A stretch of DNA of 20,000 bases. It comes from Chrysochromulina tobinii. Taxonomy: Eukaryota. Every line of letters begins with the position of its first letter. The stretch's first letter is position 1. This document shows positions 9,823 to 18,619 of the stretch, piece after piece. The stretch spans positions 45,998-65,997 of the forward strand of contig JWZX01003205.1 in the NCBI GenBank assembly GCA_001275005.1, read 5' to 3'. The notes beneath the pieces are model-generated. The model saw nothing but the letters and a program-made list of their open reading frames with translations, made no database searches and was not told the origin of the DNA. The position numbers were made by a program, and so were the translations under genes.

Positions 9823-10821
9823 CTATGGCGAGCAACTCTCGAGCAGCTCCCCGTGGAGGGCCCGCCGCTCTCGGTCGAGCAACTTGAGACGTACCAGTTC
9901 GGCTCGCATTCGCTCGCCTTGGCCATCCCCTAAAGAGGCTACCGCTGGGCGGCTAGCAACGGTGAGAGCGGCGCGGGCAGTGTCTGATGGAGGAGGCGTG
10001 CAAGATGGCGAAGCCTCGGAAGCGAAGAGCAATCTTGCAGCAGTCCTCATCGCTGAATCTGCCCGATCCCAATCGCTGCGCTCGCATGCACAGCTAGCGT
10101 CGAGGAGCCACGCCTGTGGAAGACACGAAGCGCAGGCACGAGCTGCTTCTGCCTCGGCGGCAGCTTCATCGAGGCGCCCGACAGAACCAAGGAGCCCACC
10201 AAGCATGCAGCGCAGTGCACCTTCGGCCACGACAGCGCCGTGATCGTATGCCTCAGCGCAAAGCCACCTGAGTGCGGCCTCGGTGCTAGCATCTCTCCTC
10301 TGCTGAACGATCGCGCGGGCAACCAGCGTAACATCGGCCCAGCGGCGCCAGTCACGGGGCCTTGCAGGGTGGCAGTCGGCCGGAAGAAGGGTCAGGGGCC
10401 CTTTACTCACGCCGTGTGAGTCATGCTCTTCGAATCCGAGAGTCAGATGCAGGTCGGTCTCGGGGAGACCAACATGCACACGGTATTCCTGCGCTGCCGG
10501 CCATAGCACGACCACATAGTAGCTGCGGCCCGCCCGGCCTACGCCAAGTGGCAAAAGCACCGACGCTGCCAGATCTGTGAGCGCTTGCTCAGCACAGCCT
10601 TTCCAGGGGTCTCCAGCCGGCATTTCCATCTTCGGTATGATTGTGATGTGATGTCTGGGGCCGTCGCGCTGCTCGCGATGACGTTGAGCATGCTGGGGTA
10701 CAGCAGCACGCAGCACGGCAGCAATCTTCTCCACAGCTGGGCCTACGGCTAGTAGCGCGCCACGGCAATTCACCACAGAAAGCGCCTCGTGCTGCGGCCG
10801 GGTCGCTGTCGGACAACGCAT
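9823..10821 (-). CDS. 2H phosphoesterase ('Swiss-army-knife' RNA-repair type) with C-terminal TPR-like helices, 332 aa
   Basis: Two HxT motifs, RDGPRHHITII (HHITII at 10636-10653) and DLHLTLGF (about 10430-10453), with LGVG...YYVVVLWP..QEYR..GLP between them and DSHGVSKG after. The C-terminal part LGGLLGSVGRLDEAAAEAEAA...QAWLLDA...DWDRA is TPR-like. Confidence 0.75.
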   Translation of the reverse strand: MRCPTATRPQHEALSVVNCRGALLAVGPAVEKIAAVLRAAVPQHAQRHREQRDGPRHHITIIPKMEMPAGDPWKGCAEQALTDLAASVLLPLGVGRAGRSYYVVVLWPAAQEYRVHVGLPETDLHLTLGFEEHDSHGVSKGPLTLLPADCHPARPRDWRRWADVTLVARAIVQQRRDASTEAALRWLCAEAYDHGAVVAEGALRCMLGGLLGSVGRLDEAAAEAEAARACASCLPQAWLLDASCACERSDWDRADSAMRTAARLLFASEASPSCTPPPSDTARAALTVASRPAVASLGDGQGERMRAELVRLKLLDRERRALHGELLESCSP

Positions 10822-11189
10822 TTTGTCGTGTGCTCGTGTTTAGGAGTTCCGCTGCTCGCAATGCTCCAACTTCCGCACCCCGTCCGCACAGGAAAACGCC
10901 GCGCCCTCAATCTATCGTACTTGAAGAGTTTCTTGCGCCCATGCCGACCTCGAACTCGAAAGATCTGGAAACAATCTCGCCCCGCCTTGGCCGCGCGGCG
11001 CCCCCGGTGCGCCGTGCCGCAGGACCAGGTCACCAGGAGAGTGCAGGAGGAGGAGCGCCCGCGCCGCGTCTCCCGCGTTCCGGACTTGCGGTGGACGCCA
11101 GGACGGTCGCGTCTTCCGTCTATAAGTATATGCTCACACCGGCGGCAGCTCCTTCAGCGCATGCACGTACCAGCTAGCGGGGAGCTGTG

Positions 11190-11268
11190 ATGCCACACAC
11201 CATGCCACACACCAGCTCAAGCTGCAGCCTATCTCCGCTTCGTCAAGCTGCAGCCTATCTCCGCTTCG
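11190..11268. repeat. Two adjacent tandem duplications: (atgccacacacc)2 and (tcaagctgcagcctatctccgcttcg)2
   Basis: 12-nt unit at 11190-11213 and 26-nt unit at 11217-11242 and 11243-11268; the latter copy contains the FkbM stop codon. Confidence 0.9.
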
Positions 11269-12193
11269 CAGAGGACGTCGTCGAGCGCAGCGTGTCGAGC
11301 AGATCGGGTCGATGCGCGCACACCAGATTGGACCAGCGGTGGGAGATGCGCGTCTGGAACTCGTCGACCCAGCAGCCGCCCGAGGCTTGTGCGAGCGCGC
11401 CGCGGTTCCCCTGCCAGAAGCACGTATACCCAATCCCGTCGAGCCAGCGCAGCGTGTCCGCGAGCCCTGTGGCGCCGAGGTGCTGTTTCCATGCACGCAT
11501 GTACTCGAACTCGAAGACGTCCACTGCCTTGCGCTCGAGTGCGCCGCGCATGCCGCGTAGCACAAAGCCATCCCATCCCTCGGTGTCGACGGAGACGAAC
11601 GACAGGCGCTCGATACGGCGCGCTGCCATGAAGGCATCCACGGTCGTCACGTTACGCACCAGCCCGTTCCGAACAGCGCGCCGTGAGGCGGCCACCGACT
11701 CGTACCCGGGCGCCCCAGAGTCACGGGTGAAGACCGTGCCGGTCACATTTGAGACTGCTTCGCCGTGCACTTCGACGGGAGCGTCGGTGAGCGCTACCAG
11801 CTGTCGCAGCAGCCGCTCATTAGATGGCTGCAGCTCGAAGGCGTGCATCCGCAGCCGTGCGCCAGCGTCTGCACGCTGTTGAATGCGCGCGCGGTGGCAG
11901 ATGAGGCACACGCCGCAACACTGCAGCGCACACGGCGGTGAGGCGCTATGCATCATGAGCTGGTGCCACTTCTTGTGACTGATGTCAGCGGCCGTGTACC
12001 GCTGCATCCACTCAGCGAGGTTGTAGCCCTTATTTGCTCCGATGTTGAGCATCACAACATCGCCCGAGCCCACCACGAGCAGTGGTGCCACGCGGTCATG
12101 CCAGGTGTCACTCGGGCAATTTGAATGACGCCCGATGTCGACGCCTTCAATGTGGCACGGCGTGGCGCGCGTCGGCGTTGGAGAAGCCGCCAT
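11255..12193 (-). CDS. FkbM-family SAM-dependent methyltransferase
   Basis: MLNIGANKGY, HAFELQPSN, VTTVDAF, FVSVDTEGWDGFVLRG, FEFEY, GYTCFWQG and WSNLVCA are typical FkbM motifs. Likely start ATG 12193 (MAASP). Confidence 0.85.
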   Translation of the reverse strand: MAASPTPTRATPCHIEGVDIGRHSNCPSDTWHDRVAPLLVVGSGDVVMLNIGANKGYNLAEWMQRYTAADISHKKWHQLMMHSASPPCALQCCGVCLICHRARIQQRADAGARLRMHAFELQPSNERLLRQLVALTDAPVEVHGEAVSNVTGTVFTRDSGAPGYESVAASRRAVRNGLVRNVTTVDAFMAARRIERLSFVSVDTEGWDGFVLRGMRGALERKAVDVFEFEYMRAWKQHLGATGLADTLRWLDGIGYTCFWQGNRGALAQASGGCWVDEFQTRISHRWSNLVCAHRPDLLDTLRSTTSSAKRR

Positions 12194-12325
12194 CGAGACC
12201 GATCTTTCACGACACTTCACGCAGCTGCTGTGTTCCAAACGAGGTTACTTTTGTCCGAAAGGAGGGTCGGTCGGGAGCACGACCTTTTCGCATTCAATTT
12301 ACCTTCACACTTGAGGGACCAAATC
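12194..12325. promoter_or_regulatory. Putative bidirectional promoter between FkbM and POLI
   Basis: 132-bp lower-GC gap between two divergent ATGs; function inferred from position only. Confidence 0.45.
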
Positions 12326-13745
12326 ATGGCGTCGCCTGTTTACAGCGGCAGCAACAGCGCGGCACGGGCCATCCTGCAGATCGATATCGACTGCTTTTAC
12401 GCTCAAGTGGAGATGCTGCGCGGTCGTGTGGATCCGGACCGGCCGTTCGCTGTGACGCAAAAGTTCCTCGTGGTTACCGCCAACTATGCAGCCCGTGCGG
12501 CTGGTGTGGGCAAGCTGATGCCCATCGACCGCGCTAAGGCCAAGTGCCCAGAGCTGCTACTCGCCTCCGGAGAGGATCTGACGCCATATCGCGAAGCCTC
12601 GGCCGCGATCTTCACCGCGCTCACCCCGTTCGGACCCGTTCAGAAGCTCGGGCTTGATGAGATGTTTGTCGACGTGACGGCTGCAGCGCGCGAGCTGCTG
12701 CGTGCGGATGGTGCGATCCAATGGTCCGAGACCACGAGAATACATGCCGCTCGGCACGGCACCACATCTGCCGAGGCGCAAGCTCGCACCGGCACGGATT
12801 ACCGTCCACAGGACCTACGTGCTTCGGATCAGATTGGCGTTGCAGCGGCTCTGGAGGCGGCGGCGGCCGAGGACGACGAGCAGGCACGGCTTCTGCGCGC
12901 CGCGAGTCACGTGGCGGTGCGCTGCAAGGCGGCAATCCGCGCGCAGAGCGGCCTGACCGCCTCTGTCGGCGTCGCCTCCTCGAAACTCCTCGCTAAGCTC
13001 TGCTGTGGATTGCACAAGCCGGATGGACTCACCGCTCTCCCACAGTCGGAAGCGCGTGCCTTTCTGGCGCCGCTCGACGTGCGCGTCCTGCCAGGCGTGG
13101 GCAGCGCCGCCACTGGCATGCTCCACTCTCTCGGCCTCACCACCGTCGGCGATCTCGGCGCGATCTCGACCGGCGCGCTGCACCGAGCGCTGAGCGAGCT
13201 TCCCGCCGCGCTGCTCAAGACGACGCGTCTGAGCGCCGCGCGATTGACGAGCCTCGCGGCGGGCCTCGACGTGGAGCCGGTCGTGCCGAGCGGCCCGCCC
13301 AAGAGCCTCAGCGTCGAGGACTCCTTCCGAGGAGCGAGCAGTTTCGAAGCCCTCGAGAAAGTGGTCGCCGTCCTCGTACCGGACTTGGTCGAGAGGCTTG
13401 CGCACGACCGCGCGAGTCACGCACGAAGGGCGTGCACGCTCCTTATCCGCTGGCGCCACAGCGGCTCGCGCACGATGAATCACCCTCATGGCGCCGCGTC
13501 AGGTCACTCGATGTCGCGTAGCACGCCCATGCCGCATCTGGTATGCCGAGAGGGCTCAGGACAGCGCCTGGCTGACGAGCGCGCGCTTGCTGAGGTGGCG
13601 CTGGCCGTGTTGCGTGAGCAGCTGGCCCCAGCGCCATTCACACTCACGCTCCTGGGATTGGGCGCGACCAACTTTGAGCCGGCGCCGCGCCAGAGAGGTG
13701 GCGACGCCGGCCAGGCCAAGGGCAACAGCGGCAGCAGCGGCAGCA

Positions 13746-13804
<59 letters not shown>

Positions 13805-14959
13805 TTGCTCGTCGCGCCGTCGCCATTGCCAATGGGCATGGCGACCGCCGCTGCTGCCCGCGCCGCTGCCGAGCTGCAGCGCAGCTGGCGCACCGACTAT
13901 GCGGTGGCCGACGAGGCGAGATTGGGTCGAGATTGGGTCGTGTGCAGTAAAGCGGCTGAGCGCCGAAAACGCGAGCTCGGGATGGGGATGGTCGAGATCG
14001 GGTCGAGATTGGATCGAGATTGGGTCGAGCTCGGGGGCGGCAGCACGATAGGCGGCGATGCGAGCGGCAGCGGCGCGGGAAGGAGCGGCGCGACCGTTCG
14101 CGGAGCGAGTGGCAGCATCAGCGCCCGGTACAGCTCCCGCTTCCCGGAGGATGCCGAGTCAGTTGCCTGGGATGGCGGCGAGCCGGAGCTCGAGCTGGAC
14201 TGTTACGGCAATGACGGCAACGAGGTGGAGACCACCGGCTGGTTCGAGAGTGACGAGCGCTGTCTCGAGCACTGTGTGGCGTCTGCGGCCGAGGACGACG
14301 AGCCGCGGGGCGGGCGCACCGGCACGCTCGTCGCACCTCTGGCGACGGCGACGAGCACCAGTGTGCAGCAGCCCTTGTCCGCGTACCTACGATCGCCATC
14401 CAAAGGTGTGGTGGCTGGTGGTGTGGTGGCTGGTGGTGTGGTGGCTGGTGGTGTGGTGGCTGGTGGTGTGGTGGCCTTAGGCAGCAAAGGTGCGGTGGCT
14501 ATGGGCACGGTTGCCTCAGCCAGCGGCTCCAGCAGTGTGGGGGCAAGAGCTGCGCCGGGTCAGTCTCCTCCAGCCCCCGCCGTGCAAGCTCGCGAAGCAG
14601 CGGTGTCGGAGGCGCCTACTTGCCCTGTTTGCGGCCAAGTGCTTCGGCTGGACAATGCGCAAGTGAACTCTCACATCGACGAGTGTTTGAACAGCTCGCT
14701 GCTGCCGGCGGCGCCGAGCTCGTCGGCAGGCCTCGCGCCGTCCGGCTCGGCGAAGAAGCGATCTGGAATCTCCAGATCCAATCTCCAGATTCACATCTCG
14801 GCGAAGAAGCGAGCCCTCGTGCTGGAGAAGCCGCGAGAAGGGGGCAAGCGCAGGACTCCAACTGCTGCACGAGGCGGGCGTCAGCGCGACGACGGAGCGA
14901 TACAGTCGACGCTCGAGAGTTCTTGGGGCTGCCTTGGTGTCGGGTTGGTGCGTGAATAG
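12326..14959 (+). CDS. POLI: Y-family translesion DNA polymerase iota, about 877 aa
   Basis: IDIDCFYAQVEM, TQKFLVVTANYAAR, GVGKLM, KCPELLLASGEDLTPYREAS, LGLDEMFVDVT, KLLAKL...HKP and PPKSLSVEDSF closely match Pol iota (QQKYLVVTCNY, NGEDLT.YRE, PPQSFSEEDSF). Likely start ATG 12326. C-terminal UBZ4-type finger and PIP-like motifs. Confidence 0.9.
13748..13801. repeat. (GGC)18 tract encoding poly-Gly
   Basis: Directly visible, just after the polymerase little-finger domain. Confidence 0.95.
13917..14036. repeat. 11-nt cgagattgggt-type repeats in two clusters
   Basis: Two copies at 13917-13938 and four variant copies (cgagatcgggt, cgagattggat, cgagattgggt, cgagctcgggg) at about 13993-14036. Confidence 0.85.
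14405..14476. repeat. 15-nt tandem repeat (ggtgtggtggctggt), about 4.8 copies, encoding GVVAG
   Basis: Directly visible. Confidence 0.95.
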
Positions 14960-15083
14960 CACAGCACCAGCACGTCGATCTGTGAATAGCACAGCACCAG
15001 GACGTCGATCTCGGATCTGTGAATAGCACAGCACCAGAACGTGCAACGTCGATAGCACAGCTCACCAGGGCGGACGTCGATCT
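14952..15083. repeat. Minisatellite with core gtgaatagcacagcaccag, 3 perfect copies plus 1 degenerate
   Basis: Cores at 14952, 14982 and 15019; linkers all contain acgtcg(atct). The first copy includes the POLI stop codon. Confidence 0.9.
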
Positions 15084-15444
15084 GCGCCGCACGCCAGGAC
15101 GACCTCCAGATTCCTCCAGATCCACTGCCCAGGCATCACGACTCTCTCGAGCATCGACTGACGACTACCGGGCCACATTGCGCAGGGGACTGAAAAGGGT
15201 GCACGTATTGGGAAAAGCGGATATGAAAAGATCTAGTACTATGTAGAATTGAACTTCTTGTCACTGAGTTCAAAATCAGGAGGTGGGGAAAGTGTGTGAA
15301 TCCAGAAGGAATACCTCCCCTACCCCTTTGTGTCAAAATGCATCGCGCCGAGATGATCAAGCGCCGAGGTGAGCTCTCGCGGACTGCACTCGTGTTGAGC
15401 AGCCTAAGCTGCACTCGCGGCCGGCCGATTACTTGGGGATCGAC

Positions 15445-16236
15445 ATGAACTTCTCTTCGAAGAAGCGCGCGCGCCCGAACGCGTGGAAGGAGCTGCAGCG
15501 CGAGCTGGACGAGCGCGAACGCCTTGAGGAGGATAACGCAGCCAAATTCGCGCGGATTGAAGCTCTGCAGATGCGTTCAGCCCTCGAGGACGAAATCGAC
15601 CCGCAGAAGATGCACGCGTATCTCGACATCAGCATCGGCCACAATCAGGGCAAGGATCCCAAGCTCACGCGCGGTCGGCTGATTTTTGAGCTCTTCGACG
15701 ACATCATGCCGCGCACAGTCGAGCAGTTCCATCGGATGCTCGGCTCCGAAAAGCAGCCAACCTACGTGGGCTCGTCCATTTCCAAGATCTGGCCGGGATT
15801 CAAATGTGAGGCGGGCGACCGCACGAGCAAGGTGGAAGGCTCGAGCTCCGGGCAGGAGCTGGTCTTCTCGCGCGTGGACCAGGAGGCCAACTGGCAGGTG
15901 CCGCATCTCAACCCGGGCGTGCTCTCGCTCACGGATGCCAAGTCATCCAAGTTCAACATCACGCTCCGAAAGGCAGAGGAGCTCGATGGATGGCACGCTG
16001 TCTTCGGCAAGACTGTGTACGGCTTTGACGTGCTCAAGGCGATCTCCGAGCAGGGCAACGACAACGGCGAGCCCAAGGTGCCTGTGATCATCACGGGCGG
16101 CGGCAGCGTGCCCAAGGGCACGCACCCTCGTGAATTCCTCAAGGCGATGGAGAAGCCCAAGCTGGATGAGCATCCCGAGAAGAAGGTCATGCGCTACTCA
16201 AGTACTTACCGGCATACGGGGCTTATTGGGCACTAA
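15445..16236 (+). CDS. Divergent cyclophilin-type PPIase-fold protein with N-terminal coiled coil
   Basis: AYLDISIG, GRLIFELFDDIMPRTVEQF, YVGS, PHLNPGVLS, LDGWHAVFGKTVYGFDVLKAI and GEPKVPVIITGGG. The 5' end is uncertain (possible extension to ATG 15338). Confidence 0.85.
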   Translation: MNFSSKKRARPNAWKELQRELDERERLEEDNAAKFARIEALQMRSALEDEIDPQKMHAYLDISIGHNQGKDPKLTRGRLIFELFDDIMPRTVEQFHRMLGSEKQPTYVGSSISKIWPGFKCEAGDRTSKVEGSSSGQELVFSRVDQEANWQVPHLNPGVLSLTDAKSSKFNITLRKAEELDGWHAVFGKTVYGFDVLKAISEQGNDNGEPKVPVIITGGGSVPKGTHPREFLKAMEKPKLDEHPEKKVMRYSSTYRHTGLIGH

Positions 16237-16716
16237 TGCCGCCTCTCAGTCGGAGCACGTGCACAGAAAAAAGGGCTCAGACAAACGAGATAGTTACGAC
16301 CGGCGGCGGGACCGGCGCGACTGGTGGGTCTCGGCGGTTGTGCAAATTGTGCTGCACCTTCCTTGTAACTTCCTAGGTCACCTTGTTCGCTCGTACCTTG
16401 GTTCGCGATCGCGTACAACAAGATTAATAGCTTGTGAGTGTGGCAGTGTAGAGCCGTGTGACCTAGATCCTAGTTTGGTTAAACGCTTCTCGTTCCCGGG
16501 ACCGAGACGGAGCGAGAGATCAGAGAAGATTTATCTTTGTAATTGTATCAACATGAACATGGTCGATGGTGCTGGCCGCTCCGAGGGGCGACCACACCGC
16601 GCACACAACCTCTTCTAGAGACGTGCCGTACGACGTGCACATGCGCAGTACCGTGCCACAGTCCGGTGACTCCAAGAGCTGATCGGCAGAGGTATTCCAC
16701 TGAAGTTGTAGAAGTA

Positions 16717-17043
16717 TTAGACAAAGCGGAGGAGAAAAAGCAAAATCATGCAGACAGCGCACGCGCCAGCGGCCAAGCGAAACGTCTTGATGCGCAAGCC
16801 GGGTACTGTCTCTACGCAGCGCGTCACCACGCGTTGAAGTTTTCCGTCCACTGCCAGTGGGTTTTGCTGCGACGCCATTTGGGCGGGGTCGGGCGAGATT
16901 GAGTCCAGGTCGTGGAAAACATGGCCACCGCTGGCGGTGCGCCTGTGAGGTCGTCCCGACTCGCCCACTTGCTGTGCCAACCACCGTCCCTGGTCTGTTC
17001 CAAACGCAAGCCTGGTGTTGTAGTCGGGCACGTCGTCGCTCAT
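16717..17043 (-). CDS. Small hypothetical protein with C-terminal hydrophobic helix, possibly extending to 16520 via a frameshift
   Basis: ATG 17043 in gccgccgccATG context; MSDDVPDY...AGACAVCMILLFLLRFV. No family recognised. Confidence 0.4.
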   Translation of the reverse strand: MSDDVPDYNTRLAFGTDQGRWLAQQVGESGRPHRRTASGGHVFHDLDSISPDPAQMASQQNPLAVDGKLQRVVTRCVETVPGLRIKTFRLAAGACAVCMILLFLLRFV

Positions 17044-17141
17044 GGCGGCGGCCGGCGAGGTTTTGGAGGGTGCGCCGCCTTGCTTCCGCGGCGTTCGCAC
17101 CCTCCGAGTTTTGACGAAATTTCTCGACACACTTTCTGTTT

Positions 17142-17223
17142 AAGTCAAGTCAAGTCAAGCACATTCGATAGGCTTCCGTTTGGTTGTCTGTTGTTTACAT
17201 AAAGACTTGACTTGACTTGACTT
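17142..17223. repeat. Inverted pentamer tracts (AAGTC)n ... (GACTT)n
   Basis: aagtcaagtcaagtcaag (17142-17159) is the exact reverse complement of cttgacttgacttgactt (17206-17223). Confidence 0.9.
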
Positions 17224-17524
17224 CACAGACAACTGATTTGACGTGCGACTGTCACCGAATCAGGAAGCGCCAATTTCATGTCTTCGGAACGGTTGAGTCT
17301 TGTGGTGTTTTGGACTTTTGGTGCGGGAGCGTGTGAAACTTTTCCCTGGGCCTGGTCGGTGGGTCGCTAACGAATCTAGGCACCAGCGCAGGCGCTGCGC
17401 CTGGTTTAAATATTAGGCTGGAGCTCGGACGGCGCGTGAGTGAGTGAGTGAGTCAGTTATTGAGATAAGTTTCACTCACACACAGACTCTCTCACTCGGA
17501 CGCACGGCGGCAGTTTGGTGCTCC

Positions 17525-18393
17525 TCAAATGACCCTCTTGACTTCGAAGAACGATTTGAGATCTGCCGGGCAGAGGGGTGAAGCGGTGCGCTGATCAGCC
17601 CAGGGAGCAGTCGCAAGGCGCGCGGGTCGGGCACGTGCGCAGTGCAATGCGCGGCTCGGGCGCGCCACACATAGGTTCTGCCATACAGTGACCCCAACGA
17701 GAACGGCGGCCTCGATTAAAGTGAAGTAGAGGAGCCATGTGCGCGTGCTGTGCGTCATCTTAAGCTGCGCCGCATCGTGCTCGCGAATCTCATCTTGCAC
17801 ATCGCGCACCATGTTCATCGCCTCGTGCAGCTGCGTGGGGGAACATTGGGCGAGGGCACACTCGCACAAGGGTTGGCTGGAGCATGGTGCGAAAGGTGCG
17901 CTGTTGTGGCATGGATGCGAATATCGCGTAGCCTCACGTTTTTAATGCGCTCTTCGATGGGTGAGAGGTGTTCTGTCTTCGCCAGCTTGATCAGGTCCGG
18001 CGGCTCGTTGACCGTAATCTTGAGAGTCACGTCTTCCCTGTTGGTGCGCCCGTTGGTGAAGCAAATGAAGTACTCGCCCTCCACGCTCGCGGTGAAATCG
18101 AAGAAGCCTGACGGCTCGTCTTCCATATGGTACACTTTGTCACCCTGCGGACTCGTCACTTTGACTGTGAACCCTGTGATGTCCGGCGCGGCATCGCCAT
18201 CTGGATTCTCTAAGCCTAGCAGAAGCACGAGGCCCCATTGGCCTAGCACGTGATCGCTCACTTTCACTCGCTCCTCGAAGCACTCTGTTGTCTGCGGTTC
18301 CACGGAGAAGCCGAAGGCAGCGGCGCTCGCGAGGCTGCAAAGCAGCAGCAGCAGCGGCGAGCAAAGAGAGGGGCACTGTCGCTGTCGCATCAT
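17525..18393 (-). CDS. TMED2: p24-beta/EMP24/TMED2-like GOLD-domain cargo receptor; exons 18393-17938, 17830-17671, 17562-17525 (217 aa)
   Basis: Signal peptide LLLLLCSLASAAA; ECFEE; V.SPQG; GEYFICFTN; AKTEHLSPIEERIKN|LHEAM; TM LLYFTLIEAAVLVGVTVWQ; tail NLYLKSFFEVKRVI. GT-AG introns 17937-17831 (107 nt) and 17670-17563 (108 nt) restore the canonical protein. Confidence 0.92.
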
Positions 18394-18619
18394 TTCTAGG
18401 AAGGAGCGTCGTCGTGGTTTGTATTTATCTCCATACAATTGTACATGCGATAGCGGCTCCCGTGCTTGGGGGGTCGGAGGTCTGCGCGTTGTGTTGAATC
18501 CTGGTGTGTCGTTCAGAGCTGACGTTTTGGTGTGTGATTTAATCGCAAACTTTGCGGTGCTCGTGCGAAGCAGGCACACGGTCCGTGTTTGGACGCCCAC
18601 GGTTGTCACGTGATAAGTG
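18394..18619. promoter_or_regulatory. Putative bidirectional promoter between TMED2-like and ankyrin-UBL genes
   Basis: 226-bp lower-GC gap between divergent ATGs; positional inference only. Confidence 0.4.

Noticed and set aside
9661..10243. Plus-strand ORFs near 9807 (…SDELWRATLEQLP…)
   Set aside because: Antisense to the 2H gene C-terminus and need frameshifts to be joined; treated as shadow ORFs.
10789..11190. Two short plus-strand ORFs between the 2H and FkbM genes
   Set aside because: No motifs and low complexity; cannot be supported without expression data.
2961..14959. Operon-like RNA/DNA repair or defence cluster (TrmY-like, 2H, FkbM, Pol iota)
   Set aside because: Eukaryotic genes interleaved with unrelated ones, with no mobile-element boundaries or compositional shift; linkage is probably incidental.
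14952..15083. CRISPR-like array of 19-nt repeats with short spacers
   Set aside because: Spacers are only 11-18 nt and related to each other (acgtcg core), there are no cas genes and the context is eukaryotic; it is a minisatellite.
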